In this document: positions 9,648-20,400 of the stretch, piece after piece
Layout: each line of letters begins with the position of its first letter
Numbering within the stretch: position 1 is the stretch's first letter
Assembly: GCA_963755025.1 (NCBI GenBank)
Contig: CAVWIH010000034.1
Location: 137,826-201,825, forward strand
Source of the DNA: an uncultured Actinomycetes bacterium
GTDB taxonomy: Bacteria; Actinomycetota; Thermoleophilia; UBA2241
Direction: 5' to 3'
DNA length: 64,000 nucleotides
The notes under the pieces: model-generated
The model's database searches: none
What the model was told of the DNA's origin: nothing
What the model saw: only the letters and a program-made list of their open reading frames with translations
Made by a program: the position numbers and the translations under genes

Positions 9648-10991
9648 ATGTTCACTGACGACTGGAACGAGCTCACCGCCGATCAGCGGCTCGAGACGCG
9701 CCTCGACGCCTGGCAGAACCTGCCGATCGAGTTCGCCTCGCCCGAGGTGGCCAAGGCCTATCACGACCGCGTGCAGCTTTGGCGCGATGCCATCGCCCTG
9801 AAGAAGCCGGCCCGCGTGCCGATCACGCCGTGGCTCGGTCTCTTTCCCATGCGCTACTCGGGTTTCACCGGCCACGACGCCTACTACGACTACGACAAGC
9901 TGGGTCAGGCGTGGGACAAGTTCCACGCCGACTTCCTGCCCGACGGTTTGGCCATGACGATCGCCATGGTGCCCGGCAAGGTCTTCGACATCCTCGACTA
10001 CAAGCTCTACGACTGGCCCGGTCACGGCGTCGGCAACGACGCCAGCTACCAGTACAACGAGCGCGAGTGGATGAAGGAAGACGAGTACGACCTGCTCATC
10101 AACGACCCCTCCAACTACTGGCAGCGCTTCTACGTGCCGCGCATGTTCGGCGCGCTCGATCCCTGGCAGATGCTGGCGCCCTTCACCGACCTCTGCGAGG
10201 CGCCCTTCACGGCGCCCTTCTTCGTGCCCTTCTCGCTGCCCCCGGTCAAGGCCATGCTGCAGAAGATGATGGACGCCGGCGACGCCGCCATGGCGTGGCT
10301 GCAGGCCTTCATGGCGATCGACGGTAAGCAGATGGCGACGCTCGGCATCCCGCAGATGGCGGGCAGCTCGACCAAGGCGCCCTACGACATCCTGGGTGAC
10401 ACCATGCGCGGCACGCGCGGTCTCATGCTCGACAAGTTCCGCCGGCCCGACAAGGTCAAGGCCGCCATGGAACGCCTGGCGCCGCTGGCCATCGACTGGG
10501 CGCTGCGCTCGGCCGACGCCACCAGGAACCCGCTGGTCTTCATCCCCATCCACAAGGGCGCCGACGGCTTCATGTCAGACGCCGACTACCGCGAGCTCTA
10601 CTGGCCCACCTTCAAGACCGTGCTGCTCGGGCTGATCGAGCAGGGCCTGGTGCCGATGGTCTTCGCCGAGGGCGGCTACAACGAGCGCCTCGAGGTGATC
10701 GCCGACCCCGACATTCCCAAGGGCCGCATGGTCTGGATGTTCGACGACACCGACATGGCGCGCGCCAAGCAGATCGTCGGGGCGCGCCAGGCGATCGGCG
10801 GCAACGTGCCGGGCTCGCTGCTCACCATGGGCACGCCCGAGCGCGTCGACGCCTACGTCAAGGACCTCCTCGGCAAGACGGCCACCGACGGCGGCTTCTT
10901 CCTGGGCACCGGCATCGTGTTAGACGAAGCCGACCCGGCCTGCTTCAAGGCCTTCTGCGACGCCGGCCGCACCTACGGCGCGACCATCTGA
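9648..10991 (+). CDS. uroporphyrinogen decarboxylase-family (MtaA/CmuA-like) methyltransferase 1
   Basis: C-terminal part of ORF 9285..10991: KKPARVP, PYDILGDTMRG, GFMSDADYRELYWPTFK, IGGNVP, GGFFLGTG. Confidence 0.85.
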   Translation: MFTDDWNELTADQRLETRLDAWQNLPIEFASPEVAKAYHDRVQLWRDAIALKKPARVPITPWLGLFPMRYSGFTGHDAYYDYDKLGQAWDKFHADFLPDGLAMTIAMVPGKVFDILDYKLYDWPGHGVGNDASYQYNEREWMKEDEYDLLINDPSNYWQRFYVPRMFGALDPWQMLAPFTDLCEAPFTAPFFVPFSLPPVKAMLQKMMDAGDAAMAWLQAFMAIDGKQMATLGIPQMAGSSTKAPYDILGDTMRGTRGLMLDKFRRPDKVKAAMERLAPLAIDWALRSADATRNPLVFIPIHKGADGFMSDADYRELYWPTFKTVLLGLIEQGLVPMVFAEGGYNERLEVIADPDIPKGRMVWMFDDTDMARAKQIVGARQAIGGNVPGSLLTMGTPERVDAYVKDLLGKTATDGGFFLGTGIVLDEADPACFKAFCDAGRTYGATI

Positions 10992-11019
10992 GTAAACACA
11001 CGGCATGAACGCCGGGCGT

Positions 11020-11051
11020 CCGGCGGCGCGACTCATCGGTCGCGCCGCCGG
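11020..11051. terminator. GC-rich stem-loop between the two corrinoid cassettes
   Basis: CCGGCGGCGCGAC-tcatcg-GTCGCGCCGCCGG, perfect 13-bp stem; no U-tract, so it may be a stabiliser or processing hairpin. Confidence 0.5.
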
Positions 11052-11102
11052 CGCCGCCGGCGTTGACCAGTTCCATCCTTTCATCGCCAGCAGGGAGGAC
11101 TG

Positions 11103-11741
11103 ATGTCGAACGAACTGACCGACGCCATCGTCGGCATGCGCGAAGACGAGGCTCTGGCCATGGTCGCGCGCGACCTCGACGCCGGCGTCGCGCTCATTGT
11201 GGTGCTCGATCAGGCCAAAGAGGCCATGACCGAGTTGGGCCGGCGCTTCGAGTGCGGCGACGCCTTCATTCCCGAGCTCATCATGGGCGGTGAGATCATG
11301 AAGGGCATCAGCGCGCTCGTGAAGCCGCACTTGAAGAGCGCCGACGGCGAGGGTGCGCGGCGCGGCGTGGTGGTGATCGGCACGGTGTCCGGCGACATCC
11401 ACGACATCGGCAAAGACGTCGTGGTGCTCATGCTCGACGTGAACGGCTACGAGGTCCACGACCTCGGTGTCGACGTGCCGGCGGCCCGTTTTGTCGAGGC
11501 CATCGGCGAGTTCTCCCCGCAGGTGGTCGGCCTGTCGGGCCTGCTCACCCTGGCCTTCGATTCGATGAAGGCCACGGTCGACGCCATCGCCGCCGCCGGC
11601 CTGCGCGACCGCGTGAAGATCATGGTGGGCGGCGCGCCCGCCGACCAGCAGGTGCAGGACTATACCGGCGCCGACGGCTGGGGCAGCGACGTCTCGGCCG
11701 CCCTCAACTTGAGCGCGCGGTGGACGGGGGAGCGGTCATGA
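11103..11741 (+). CDS. cobalamin-binding corrinoid protein 2
   Basis: GDIHDIGKDVV, DLGVDVP, VGLSGLLT; clear paralog of 9013..9645 with the same GGGAGGACTGATGTC start context. Confidence 0.95.
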   Translation: MSNELTDAIVGMREDEALAMVARDLDAGVALIVVLDQAKEAMTELGRRFECGDAFIPELIMGGEIMKGISALVKPHLKSADGEGARRGVVVIGTVSGDIHDIGKDVVVLMLDVNGYEVHDLGVDVPAARFVEAIGEFSPQVVGLSGLLTLAFDSMKATVDAIAAAGLRDRVKIMVGGAPADQQVQDYTGADGWGSDVSAALNLSARWTGERS

Positions 11742-12998
11742 CGACTCTCACAGGCGAGGAGCTCTATCAGCAGCGCGAGCAGCGCTTCAACGACATCGTC
11801 GCCCTCAAGAAGCCCGACCACGTGCCGGTGATCGGCCACACCATCCACTACTTCGCCGACCTCTGGAAGGGCTACTCGCACAAAGAGGCGGGCTTCAACC
11901 ACCCGCAGCACTACGCCGCCATCAGAGACGCGACCGTCGAGTTCGGCTGGGAGTTCGTGCCGACCAACGCCCTGTTCGCCGCCGACGGCTACGAAGCCCT
12001 CGGCATCAAGCAGCTGCGCTGGCCGGGCGGCGACCTGCCCGACGACGTCGGCTTTCAGTTCGTCGAGGGCGAGTACATGGCCGCCGACGAATACGACGAG
12101 TTCCTGGCCGACCCCAACGGCTTCACCCTGCGCAAGATCTTCCCGCGCATCGCGAGCAACCTGGCCGGCTTCGAGCAGGTGCCCGTGCCGCCGCTCTACT
12201 TCATGTCGAACACTTACTACCTGCTGAACGTGGGCGGGCCGCTGCTTGGGGCGCCGCCCCTGCGCAAGGCCCTCGAGAGCCTGCTCGCCATGTCCGACGC
12301 CGTGGGCGGCTACTTCGCGGCCGACGCCGTGAACGCGCAGGAGATGGCCGCCCTGGGCTGCCCGCGCACCTGGGGGGCGCCCGTCATCCCGGCCTTCGAC
12401 ATGGTCTCCGACATGTTCCGCTCGCTGCGCGGCAGCACGCTCGACATGTACCGCCACCCGGAGCAACTGCTGGCCACGATCGACCTCATGCAGCAGGCGC
12501 AGGTCGCCCTGGCCCTCGATGATCATCCAGGTCACCGGCAATCCCCGGGTGTTCATTCCCATGCACCGCGGCGCCGGTGGCTTCATGAGCGAGGAGCAGT
12601 TCGAGAAGTTCTACTGGCCGTCGTTCAAGGCCCTCGTGCTGGCCATCATCGAGGCCGGCGGCGTGCCGCTGCCGCTCTTCGAGGGCGACTACACGCCGCG
12701 CCTCAAGTACCTGGCCGAGCTACCGGCCGGCAAGGTGGCCGGCCACTTCGACAAGGTCGACCGCGTCAAGTTCAAGGAGATCCTGGGCGACAAGATGTGC
12801 TTCTGGGGCAACGTGCCCGTCTCGCTGCTGTGCACCGGCACGCCGCGGCAGGTCAAAGACGACGTCAGGGAGCTCGTCGAGCTGTTCGGCGACACCGGCA
12901 CGCTCATTCTCGACTCGGGGCTCGGCATTCCCGACGAGGCCCGCCCCGAGAACCTCTACGCGCTGCGCGAAGCGGCCGAGGAGTACGGCGTGTTCTAA
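11738..12998 (+). CDS. uroporphyrinogen decarboxylase-family methyltransferase 2 (frameshift near 12518)
   Basis: KKPDHVP, FQFVEGEYM, FDMVSDMFRSLRG, then GFMSEEQFEKFYWPSFK and FWGNVP in ORF 12519..12998. Confidence 0.85.
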
Positions 12999-13001
12999 GG
13001 C

Positions 13002-13890
13002 TCAGGCGCCCGCCGCTTGCCAAGTAGCGATGTACTCCACGCGTGCGCCCGGTGCGGCCGCGTCGGCGCCGACCGACGCGGCCGGGGGGCCGTCGAACAC
13101 CCAGTCGCCGGTGAGGCCAAGCTCCCGGGCCACCAGCTCGAAGTGGCACAGGGCGATGCCCAGGTCGACGCGCTGCAGGTCGGCCAGGCGCAGCACGGCA
13201 AAGAGAGCGCTGCCCTTGCCGTAGCCTTTGGTGCGCTGCAGGTAGAAGTGCCAGTCGGCGCCGCGGCGCACCACGCGCCAGGGTTGCTTGTTCGAGGCCG
13301 AGGGCGCCATGCGCACCGCTTCGAGCGCCGCGGCGAACGGGTCGTGGGGCGCGAGCGCGAGCGGCGCGCCAAAGCGCTCGTCGAAGAACAGGGAAGAGGC
13401 GGGCAGCCTGCGGCTACCCGCCTCGCGCTCACGGATGCGCGCCGCGCCGTCGTCGGCCGGGTAGCCCAGCGAGATCACGGCCGGCATGGTCTCGTCGTGG
13501 GCGAGGCCGCCCAGACGGGCCGCGAACCTGCCCTTGGTGAAGGTGCCGCCCAGCCAGCAGGTGCCCAAGCCGAGGCCGGTCGCCTGCAGGATGGCCCGCT
13601 CGACCAGGTAGCCGTAGTCCTCGGCGTCGTGGGGTGAGCGGCGCACGGCGCCCACCAGAAAGCCGGTCGCGCCCTTGATGAAGCCGTAGGTGCCCAGGCG
13701 CTTCAGGGCCTCGCGGTCGCCGGGCGCAGCGGCCACCAGGGCGAGGCGCACAGGCGAGCCGAACGGGCCGAGCGTGTGCGCGGCGAGCCACGTCGGCGAG
13801 CTCGCCACGCGTGTCGGCCGCGACGGGCTCGTCGCGGTAGGTGCGGCACGAGTAGCGCGCGTTGATCAGGTCGGTGGCCGAACGTTCCAT
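13002..13890 (-). CDS. nitroreductase family protein (frameshift near 13800)
   Basis: INARYSCRTY start, GLGTCWLGGTF, VRMAPSASNKQPWR, VDLGIALCHFEL. Confidence 0.88.
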
Positions 13891-14055
13891 GGCGCTAGTG
13901 AATCGCGCCGGCGCGCCGGAGTCCAGCGCGAGCCATTGCGACGCGCTTCGCCCGCGCCGCGTCGTCGCCCGCCGTCGCCCGCGCCGCGCCGCCGCCGTCG
14001 CCGGCGGCGCCCGTCGCGCCGCCCGCGGCGGCCACCGCGGCTCGCTGCGATCGGC

Positions 14056-15393
14056 CTACGGCGTCATCCACACGGGAAAGAGCCCGCGCCCCAGCACGCG
14101 CGCACTCGACGGCCGTACCGGGTCGACGAGCACGATGCGCGCCTTCTTGATGTCCAACGGCTTGTCGGACATCGCCGGCGAAGCGAGCGACATGGTCAGC
14201 AGGCGACCGGTCGGCGTCCAGACGAGCCCCTCGAGGCACTGCATAGAGCCGCCCGACGGCGAGAGCAGCGACGTGAGCAGGCGGTAGCGCCTGCGCAGCG
14301 CCGCGTCGTAGACGAAGACGGCGCTCGTGCTGGAGACCGGCGTCGACGAAGCGGCGCCGAAGGCGACCCGAGCGCTGCGCGGGTCCCACTCCGGCGCTTG
14401 CCGTTGGGCGATGCTTTGGCCGGTCGCGCCTGAGAGTTGGAAATCGGTTCCGCTGACTACCGTGAGGCGCTTGCCCGGCACGGTCGCGACGGTCCAGGAG
14501 GCGCCTACGTCGGAGCCCGTGGCGATGTAGGCCAGGTAGCGGCCGTCGGACGAGAGGCGGGGACATGCCCAGGCGTCCCAGACGTCGGGCCCGTGAGGGA
14601 TCGCGGACCTGAGAGCGACCGGGGCGGCGTACGGCGAGCGCTGTAGCACGAGCTGTTCGGTCAGCGTGCCGTCGCTCTCGGAGTACGTGCCCGCGAAGCG
14701 GTCGAACACGAGCTGGCCATGGGGCGCGGGCTCGACGCTCGCGCCGCGCACGCCGAGCGCCGCCACGACGCCGCTGTCGACATCGAGCCGGTAGAGCTGG
14801 TAGTTCCACTGTTCGTAGGGAGCGGCGACCGCCGCGGCTGCCACCACGATGGTCGTCGGCGACGTCCAGGCAAGCGACTGGATGTCGTGCAGGCCATAGC
14901 CCAGCGGGCGCCGCACGAGGCTGCGATCACTGAGCCGGAAGATGTCGAGCTCGGCGCCTTGATCGCCCTTGGACACGACCAGCGCGACGCGGCGGCGGTC
15001 GGGCGACAGCTCGGCGGCGCTCACCGCCGACGGCAGACCGGCGAGCCGGGTCCACGAGCCGCTGCCCGGTGCGAACCGCCACAGTGACTGGCCGTGGGCG
15101 GTAGCGCGCACGCAGACCAGGACGGCGCCCTTTCCGACGAGGCGCTGCAGCGCGGCGCCCGAGGGCAGCGATACGGCCGCCGGTACGACCGACGCCGTGG
15201 CGGACGGTGCGATGGACGGTGCGATGGATGGCGCGGCCGACGGCGGCGACGCGCTCGATGAGGCCGCTGGAGCAGACGACGTTGCTTGCGCCTGGCCCGA
15301 CGCTGTCGCCTGGCCGCAGGCGGCGGCGACCAGGACAAGTACGACCGGCGCCAAGACGGCGACGGCGAGCTTGAGCAGGCGTGCTGTCGGCAT
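14056..15393 (-). CDS. putative lipoprotein with Ser/Ala/Pro linker and TolB/WD40-like beta-propeller
   Basis: MPTARLLKLAVAVLAPVVLVLVAAAC lipobox; LSPDRRRVAL, LSSDGRYLAY, PEWDPRSARVAF, LVWTPTG blade-like repeats. Confidence 0.65.
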   Translation of the reverse strand: MPTARLLKLAVAVLAPVVLVLVAAACGQATASGQAQATSSAPAASSSASPPSAAPSIAPSIAPSATASVVPAAVSLPSGAALQRLVGKGAVLVCVRATAHGQSLWRFAPGSGSWTRLAGLPSAVSAAELSPDRRRVALVVSKGDQGAELDIFRLSDRSLVRRPLGYGLHDIQSLAWTSPTTIVVAAAAVAAPYEQWNYQLYRLDVDSGVVAALGVRGASVEPAPHGQLVFDRFAGTYSESDGTLTEQLVLQRSPYAAPVALRSAIPHGPDVWDAWACPRLSSDGRYLAYIATGSDVGASWTVATVPGKRLTVVSGTDFQLSGATGQSIAQRQAPEWDPRSARVAFGAASSTPVSSTSAVFVYDAALRRRYRLLTSLLSPSGGSMQCLEGLVWTPTGRLLTMSLASPAMSDKPLDIKKARIVLVDPVRPSSARVLGRGLFPVWMTP

Positions 15394-15626
15394 GAGGACC
15401 CCCCGGTCGGACCCGTCGGTCGACACAGCATCGCGCACTGACAAAACCTCGCGCAGACGACCTTGTGCTATCGATAGTATGGGCCGTTGCGCAGGGGCAG
15501 TCCAGAGTCTCAGGTCCCGCCGCTGCGACCGGACGTCGACGGCGTCGAGTCGGCCGCGATCCGGGCGCCGGCGGCGCGGACGCCGGCGCGAAGACGGATC
15601 AGGCGCCGCCGCTGACCTGCGGCGCC

Positions 15627-16409
15627 TTACTGGGGCACGAACCGCGCGACCCCGGGTTCGCTGAGCGGTTCCCAGACGCCGCGCACGCCGCGGTGCGCGG
15701 CGCCGAGCTCGACGTGCAGCTCGGCGATGCCGAAGTCGAGGGGCGCCGTCCAGTAGAGCTTGGCGGCGCGGCTGAGCACGAGGCCGTCGTCGTTGTAGCG
15801 AAAGCGCCAGGGCTGGCGATTCACGCCCGAGGGCGCCAGGCGCGCCGCCTCGACCGCGGCCCGCGCCCACGACGGCCAAGCCGGCGCGCCCGGCGCGCCG
15901 TCGATGCCGGGGGCGATCTTGTCGAGCGGCAGCCGGGCCGAGGCCCCCACGACGCGCCGCATCAGCCGTTCGCCCGCGGGCAGGCGCTTGAGCGGGTTGC
16001 CGACGGGCGTGAGCGCCATGACACGCTCGCCCGGTACAAGCTCGACCAGGCCGTCGGCGCGCTCCTTGTCGAAGCTGCCGGCTATCCAGCAGGTGCCAAG
16101 TCCCAGCGACGTCGCCTCGAGCACGAGGGCCTCGCCCAGGTAGCCGACCTCGGCCTCGGCGCCGGCGCGGCCCACGAAGGCGACGGCCAGCGGCGCCCCG
16201 CTCACGGCCCCATAGTTGCCCAGCACGCCGGTGAACAGGCGGTCGACCTCGCTGTCGACCACCACCAGGCGGGCGCTGGGCGACGGCTGCACGGCGGCGC
16301 AGAAGGCGCGCAGATGCGCCGCGGCGTCGGCGGCCAGCGGCGTCGCCGGGTAGCGGCGCTGCGAGCTGCGTACGGCGATGGCGTCGTACCAGGTTGCGGA
16401 AAGCTCCAT
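15627..16409 (-). CDS. nitroreductase family protein
   Basis: AIAVRSSQRRY, GLGTCWIAGSF, ARLAPSGVNRQPWRF, LDFGIAELHVEL. Confidence 0.9.
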   Translation of the reverse strand: MELSATWYDAIAVRSSQRRYPATPLAADAAAHLRAFCAAVQPSPSARLVVVDSEVDRLFTGVLGNYGAVSGAPLAVAFVGRAGAEAEVGYLGEALVLEATSLGLGTCWIAGSFDKERADGLVELVPGERVMALTPVGNPLKRLPAGERLMRRVVGASARLPLDKIAPGIDGAPGAPAWPSWARAAVEAARLAPSGVNRQPWRFRYNDDGLVLSRAAKLYWTAPLDFGIAELHVELGAAHRGVRGVWEPLSEPGVARFVPQ

Positions 16410-16583
16410 GGGGGCCATGATAACCGCAGCCGGGGAGACGCCGTTAGCGACGGTCTCAGCCCTCGGGGAGCGCGGCGGAAACGTGCCGGCGCGGCCCCGA
16501 ACAAGAACTTTTGTCCACGCCTCCGTTCGTGGAACACAAGAGGTGAAAGACGGTTCACCGCAAAGTAGGAAGGCGGTCGATTC

Positions 16584-16937
16584 ATGAGTGACGCACACGC
16601 CGCTGCAGAAGAGCGCTACGAGAGCCTGTGCCGGTCGTTTCTCGATCAGCCGGGCGTGACCCGCGAGTCAAAGGACAGCCCGCAGCGCACGGGCTTCGGC
16701 TCGTCGGCGCTCAAGGTCGACGACAAGATCTTCGCCATGCTCGTGAAGGGCTGGCTTGTCGTGAAGCTGCCGCAGCACCGCGTGGACGCACTCGTGACGA
16801 TCGGCGACGGCGAGCGCTACGACCCGGGCGGCGGCCGCCTCATGAGGGAGTGGGTGACGGTGGGCCCGCAAGCCGAGGCGCAGTGGACCGACCTGGCCCG
16901 CGAGGCCCACGACTTCGTGTCGCAGCGAGCGGCCTGA
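16584..16937 (+). CDS. MmcQ/YjbR/TfoX-like small protein
   Basis: GFGSSALKVDDKIFAML...LVVKLP...GRLMREWV...LAREAHDFV. Confidence 0.75.
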   Translation: MSDAHAAAEERYESLCRSFLDQPGVTRESKDSPQRTGFGSSALKVDDKIFAMLVKGWLVVKLPQHRVDALVTIGDGERYDPGGGRLMREWVTVGPQAEAQWTDLAREAHDFVSQRAA

Positions 16938-16983
16938 GGGCGCCGCCGGCTCGCCACGGCAGTCACGAGGGGAACGGTGGCGC

Positions 16984-17379
16984 ATGGAACTGACGACGGT
17001 CGAGAGCCCCTACACCGTGAGCGACACGACCGCGCGCCTGATGGCCGCCGTCTTTCGGCGCGGCATCACGGTCTTCGCCCGCATCAACCACGCCGCCAAC
17101 GCGCGCGCCGTCGGCCTGCGCATGGCCGACGAGGAGGTGCTGATCTTCGGCGACCCGCGCGCCGGCACGGTGCTCATGCAGGCCGACCCGCGGGTGGGGT
17201 TCGAGCTGCCGCTGCGCGTGGTGGTGTGGAGCCAGGGCGGCGTCACGCGTATCGGCTACCAAGCGCCCGAGAGCCTCGCCGGGAGCTACGAACTGGCCGA
17301 CCGCACCGAGGTCCTGCGTCGCATGGCCGCCCTGCTCGCCGACCTGACTTCAGAGGCGACCATGCGCGGCGCGGCGTAG
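16984..17379 (+). CDS. DUF302 domain protein
   Basis: GITVFARINHAANA...VLIFGDPRAGTVLMQ...GFELPLRVVVW. Confidence 0.9.
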   Translation: MELTTVESPYTVSDTTARLMAAVFRRGITVFARINHAANARAVGLRMADEEVLIFGDPRAGTVLMQADPRVGFELPLRVVVWSQGGVTRIGYQAPESLAGSYELADRTEVLRRMAALLADLTSEATMRGAA

Positions 17380-17407
17380 CCGCGCCGCGCAGGCGCCCGC
17401 GGCTCCC

Positions 17408-20400
17408 CTACTTCACGGTCAGCCGGTTGCTCGCCGCCCTGGTCTGCACGTTGCCGGCGGCGTCGGTGGCGTACACCCAGAAGCGGTAGGCGCCGCGTGC
17501 CAGCTCGCAGCGGAAGCTGCAGATGAGGTTCTTGTTGACGCTCCGCGAGCCCCTGGTGGTCGCCCAGACCTGGCGCCCGCGGGCGTTCACGATCACGATC
17601 TTCACCGTCGCCGTCGGGCTGCCGGGGGTCGGGTCGGCGATCTCGTACCTGAGACCGCAGTAACCGCCCCGCCTCACGGTGGCGGCGTACCGCGCCTTGG
17701 GCGTCGGCCGGCGCGTGTCGAGCTTGACCACGAACGAGCCGACGGTGGCGTTGCCGAACACGTCGCGCGAGCGCACGCCGTAGGTCGAGACGCCCTGGCT
17801 GGTCACTTTGATGGGGGCTCCATAGGCGCGCCACAGGGCGTTCGCTGCCACGCGATACTCGGTGGCGCTCACCGACGTGTCGTCGTGAGCGCTCAGCGTC
17901 ACGCTCGGCGCCACGTGCACCCAGCCCGTCGGCACACCGCTCGTCCCCAGCGTCGGGTCCGAGGTGTCGCGCACCGTGAGCGTCACGGTGGTGGCGCCCG
18001 ATAGCCAGCCGCTCAGGCCCAGGGCCTGATAGGTGAACTGGTCGGTGCCCACAAAGCCGGGGGTCGGCGCATAGGTGAAGGAGCCGTCGGCGTTGACGAC
18101 GACGACGCCGTGGGCGGGTTGTGTGTTCGACCCGACGGTCAGCGCGCCGCCTTCGGGCGAACAGTCGTTGATCAGCAGGCCGCGCGAGGCGTCGACCACG
18201 AGCGGCACGTCGCGGTCGGTGACGTACGGCGAGTAGATCTCGACTCGCCCCGCGACACCGTTTGAGCGCAGCTCGCCTGGCGCCCCGACGAACAAGTCGC
18301 GCCCGGCGAGGGCCACGGCGTCGCCGTAGTAGGAGGCGGGCGTCGCGGCGGCGGGCTCCATGTCTGTGTCCTGGTACCACACGCCGTCTTCAAGGCGGAA
18401 CAGATAGGCGGACCCGCTTCGCGTGCCGGTCACCGTGATGCCCCTGTCGGGGGCGCCGACCAGCGCCTCGTCGCCCTGCAGGGCGAGCGACGCGCCGAAC
18501 TGGTCGTCGGGCTGCCCGTCGGCCGCGGCGAGCCTGGCCGTTTGCGACCAGCCCGACGACGACTTCTGGAAGACGAAGGCCGCGCCCGTGTCGCCGAACT
18601 GACCCGGGTCGCCGACCAGCGCCGTGTCGCCCTGCAGGGCCAGCGCCGCGCCGTAGAGGGTCGTCGGGCCCGGATCGCCGGCGACGAGCTGGCCGGTCTG
18701 CTGCCAGGTCGTGCCGGACCGCTCGAAGACGGCCACCGAGCCGTCCGTGCCGTCCGTGCCGCCGCGGCTCACCAGGGCGCGATCGCCGTCGAGCGCGACG
18801 TGCAGGCCGAAGGCGGCCCCGCTGCCCGTTCCCGGCGTGATCTTGGCCTGCTGCGACCAGGAGCCGTCGGCCTGGTGTACGAACACGTAGGCGGCGCCGG
18901 CTCTGGAGGACGTGTCTGAGTAGGCGTACGGTGCGCCGACGAGAAGGGTGTCGCCGCTGAGGGCGACGCTGTCGCCGAAGCCGCCGCCGTGGTCGCCGTC
19001 GTCGGGCCCAAGGTTGGCCTCGAGCGTCCAGACGCCGGCGATGCGCCGATAGACGTAGGCTCTACCCACGCCCGGGTCGTCGGCGGCGAGGCCACCCGCG
19101 ACCGTGGCCACGGCGACGTCGCCGTCGACCGCGACCGCGTCGCCGGGCACGTCGAGCAGCTGGAGCTGCGCCCAGCCGGCGTCGCCGAGGCCGTAGACAT
19201 AGGTGCCGCTCTGCGAGCCGGCGCCGTGGCCGCCGATCAGCGTGGTCGCGCCGTCGCTGGCGATGGCGGCCGCCTTGATGCCGAGGTGCACCGAGGGCAC
19301 GGTCGTCGAGCCGTCGGGCAGGGCGCCCGTGTCGGGCGCCACGCCACGCACCGGCGTGACGTAGATGGTGGGCGTCGACTTGGAGGCGGCCGCGGTCAGC
19401 ACGATCTTCGTCGCCTTGGCGAGCGTCGCCGCGTTGTCGAAGAACACGGGGAAGTAGGTGTCGCCGGGGTCGTTCACACCCAGGTAGTAGGTGCCGTAGT
19501 CGAGGTACTTGAACAGATAGCCGTAGCTGACGGAGCCGCCCTCGTCGTTCAGGCCGTCGGAGGTGGCGAGCGGCTCGCCCCACGAGTCGTACAGGGTCAC
19601 ATCGACGTCACTCAGCTGGCCGTAGGGCTCGAGCGAGCTGTCGACCTGCGCGAGGATGCCGCCCCACGGCACGAGCTGCACGTTCGCGGTGACGGTGGCC
19701 GTGTCGATGCCGTCGAGGTGGATCGGCGTCGCCGCATCGAGCGTGGCGGCGCCGCCGGAGAACTGATCGTGGTACACGGGCAGCGCGTTGGGGTCGACGG
19801 TGCTTTGGTCGTGGTAGCCGATGCGGTAGTCGCCCGGCTGCAGGTCGGTGAACAAGTAGGCGCCGTTGCTCGGCGTGGTCTGCGTCGAGACGACGTTGTC
19901 GCCCTGGTCGTAGAGCGTCACGGCGATCTCTTTGACCGGCCCGTTCGCGTCGGTGACGACGCCGCCCACGCGGCAGCGTTTGTAGAGGCTCGAGTCGAGC
20001 GTCAGGGTCTGACCCGGGGCGAGGGGCACCCTGGTGGCGTCGGTCGCCGTGAACTTGCCGTTGTAGTACTGGGGCAGGTACGTGCCGAAGTAGTCAGTGG
20101 CGTCGAACTCGACCAGAAAGCTCGTGGCGCGCGACACGTGCAGCCCCGGAAAGTCGTAGTCGCCGCTCGCATCGCTCACCGTCTGGACGCCGTAGTTGGT
20201 AGAGGTGACGCAGCTGAGCCAGACGGGGATGCCGCCCACCGGATCGCCCTTGGCGTCGAGCGTGCGCCCTTTGATCTCGCCGGGCGACTGGTTGTACAGG
20301 TGGGTCTCGCAGTAGTAAAGCCCGCCCAGCGTGGGCGTGACGGTCACCGCCTGAGCGAACGTGGGCGCGCCCGTCGACAGCGTGTTGTAGTACTGGTCGG

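Noticed and set aside
13900-14050. GC-only low-complexity intergenic tract as a structured ncRNA
   Set aside because: Degenerate CGCC/GTCG microrepeats with no consistent unit or recognisable motif.
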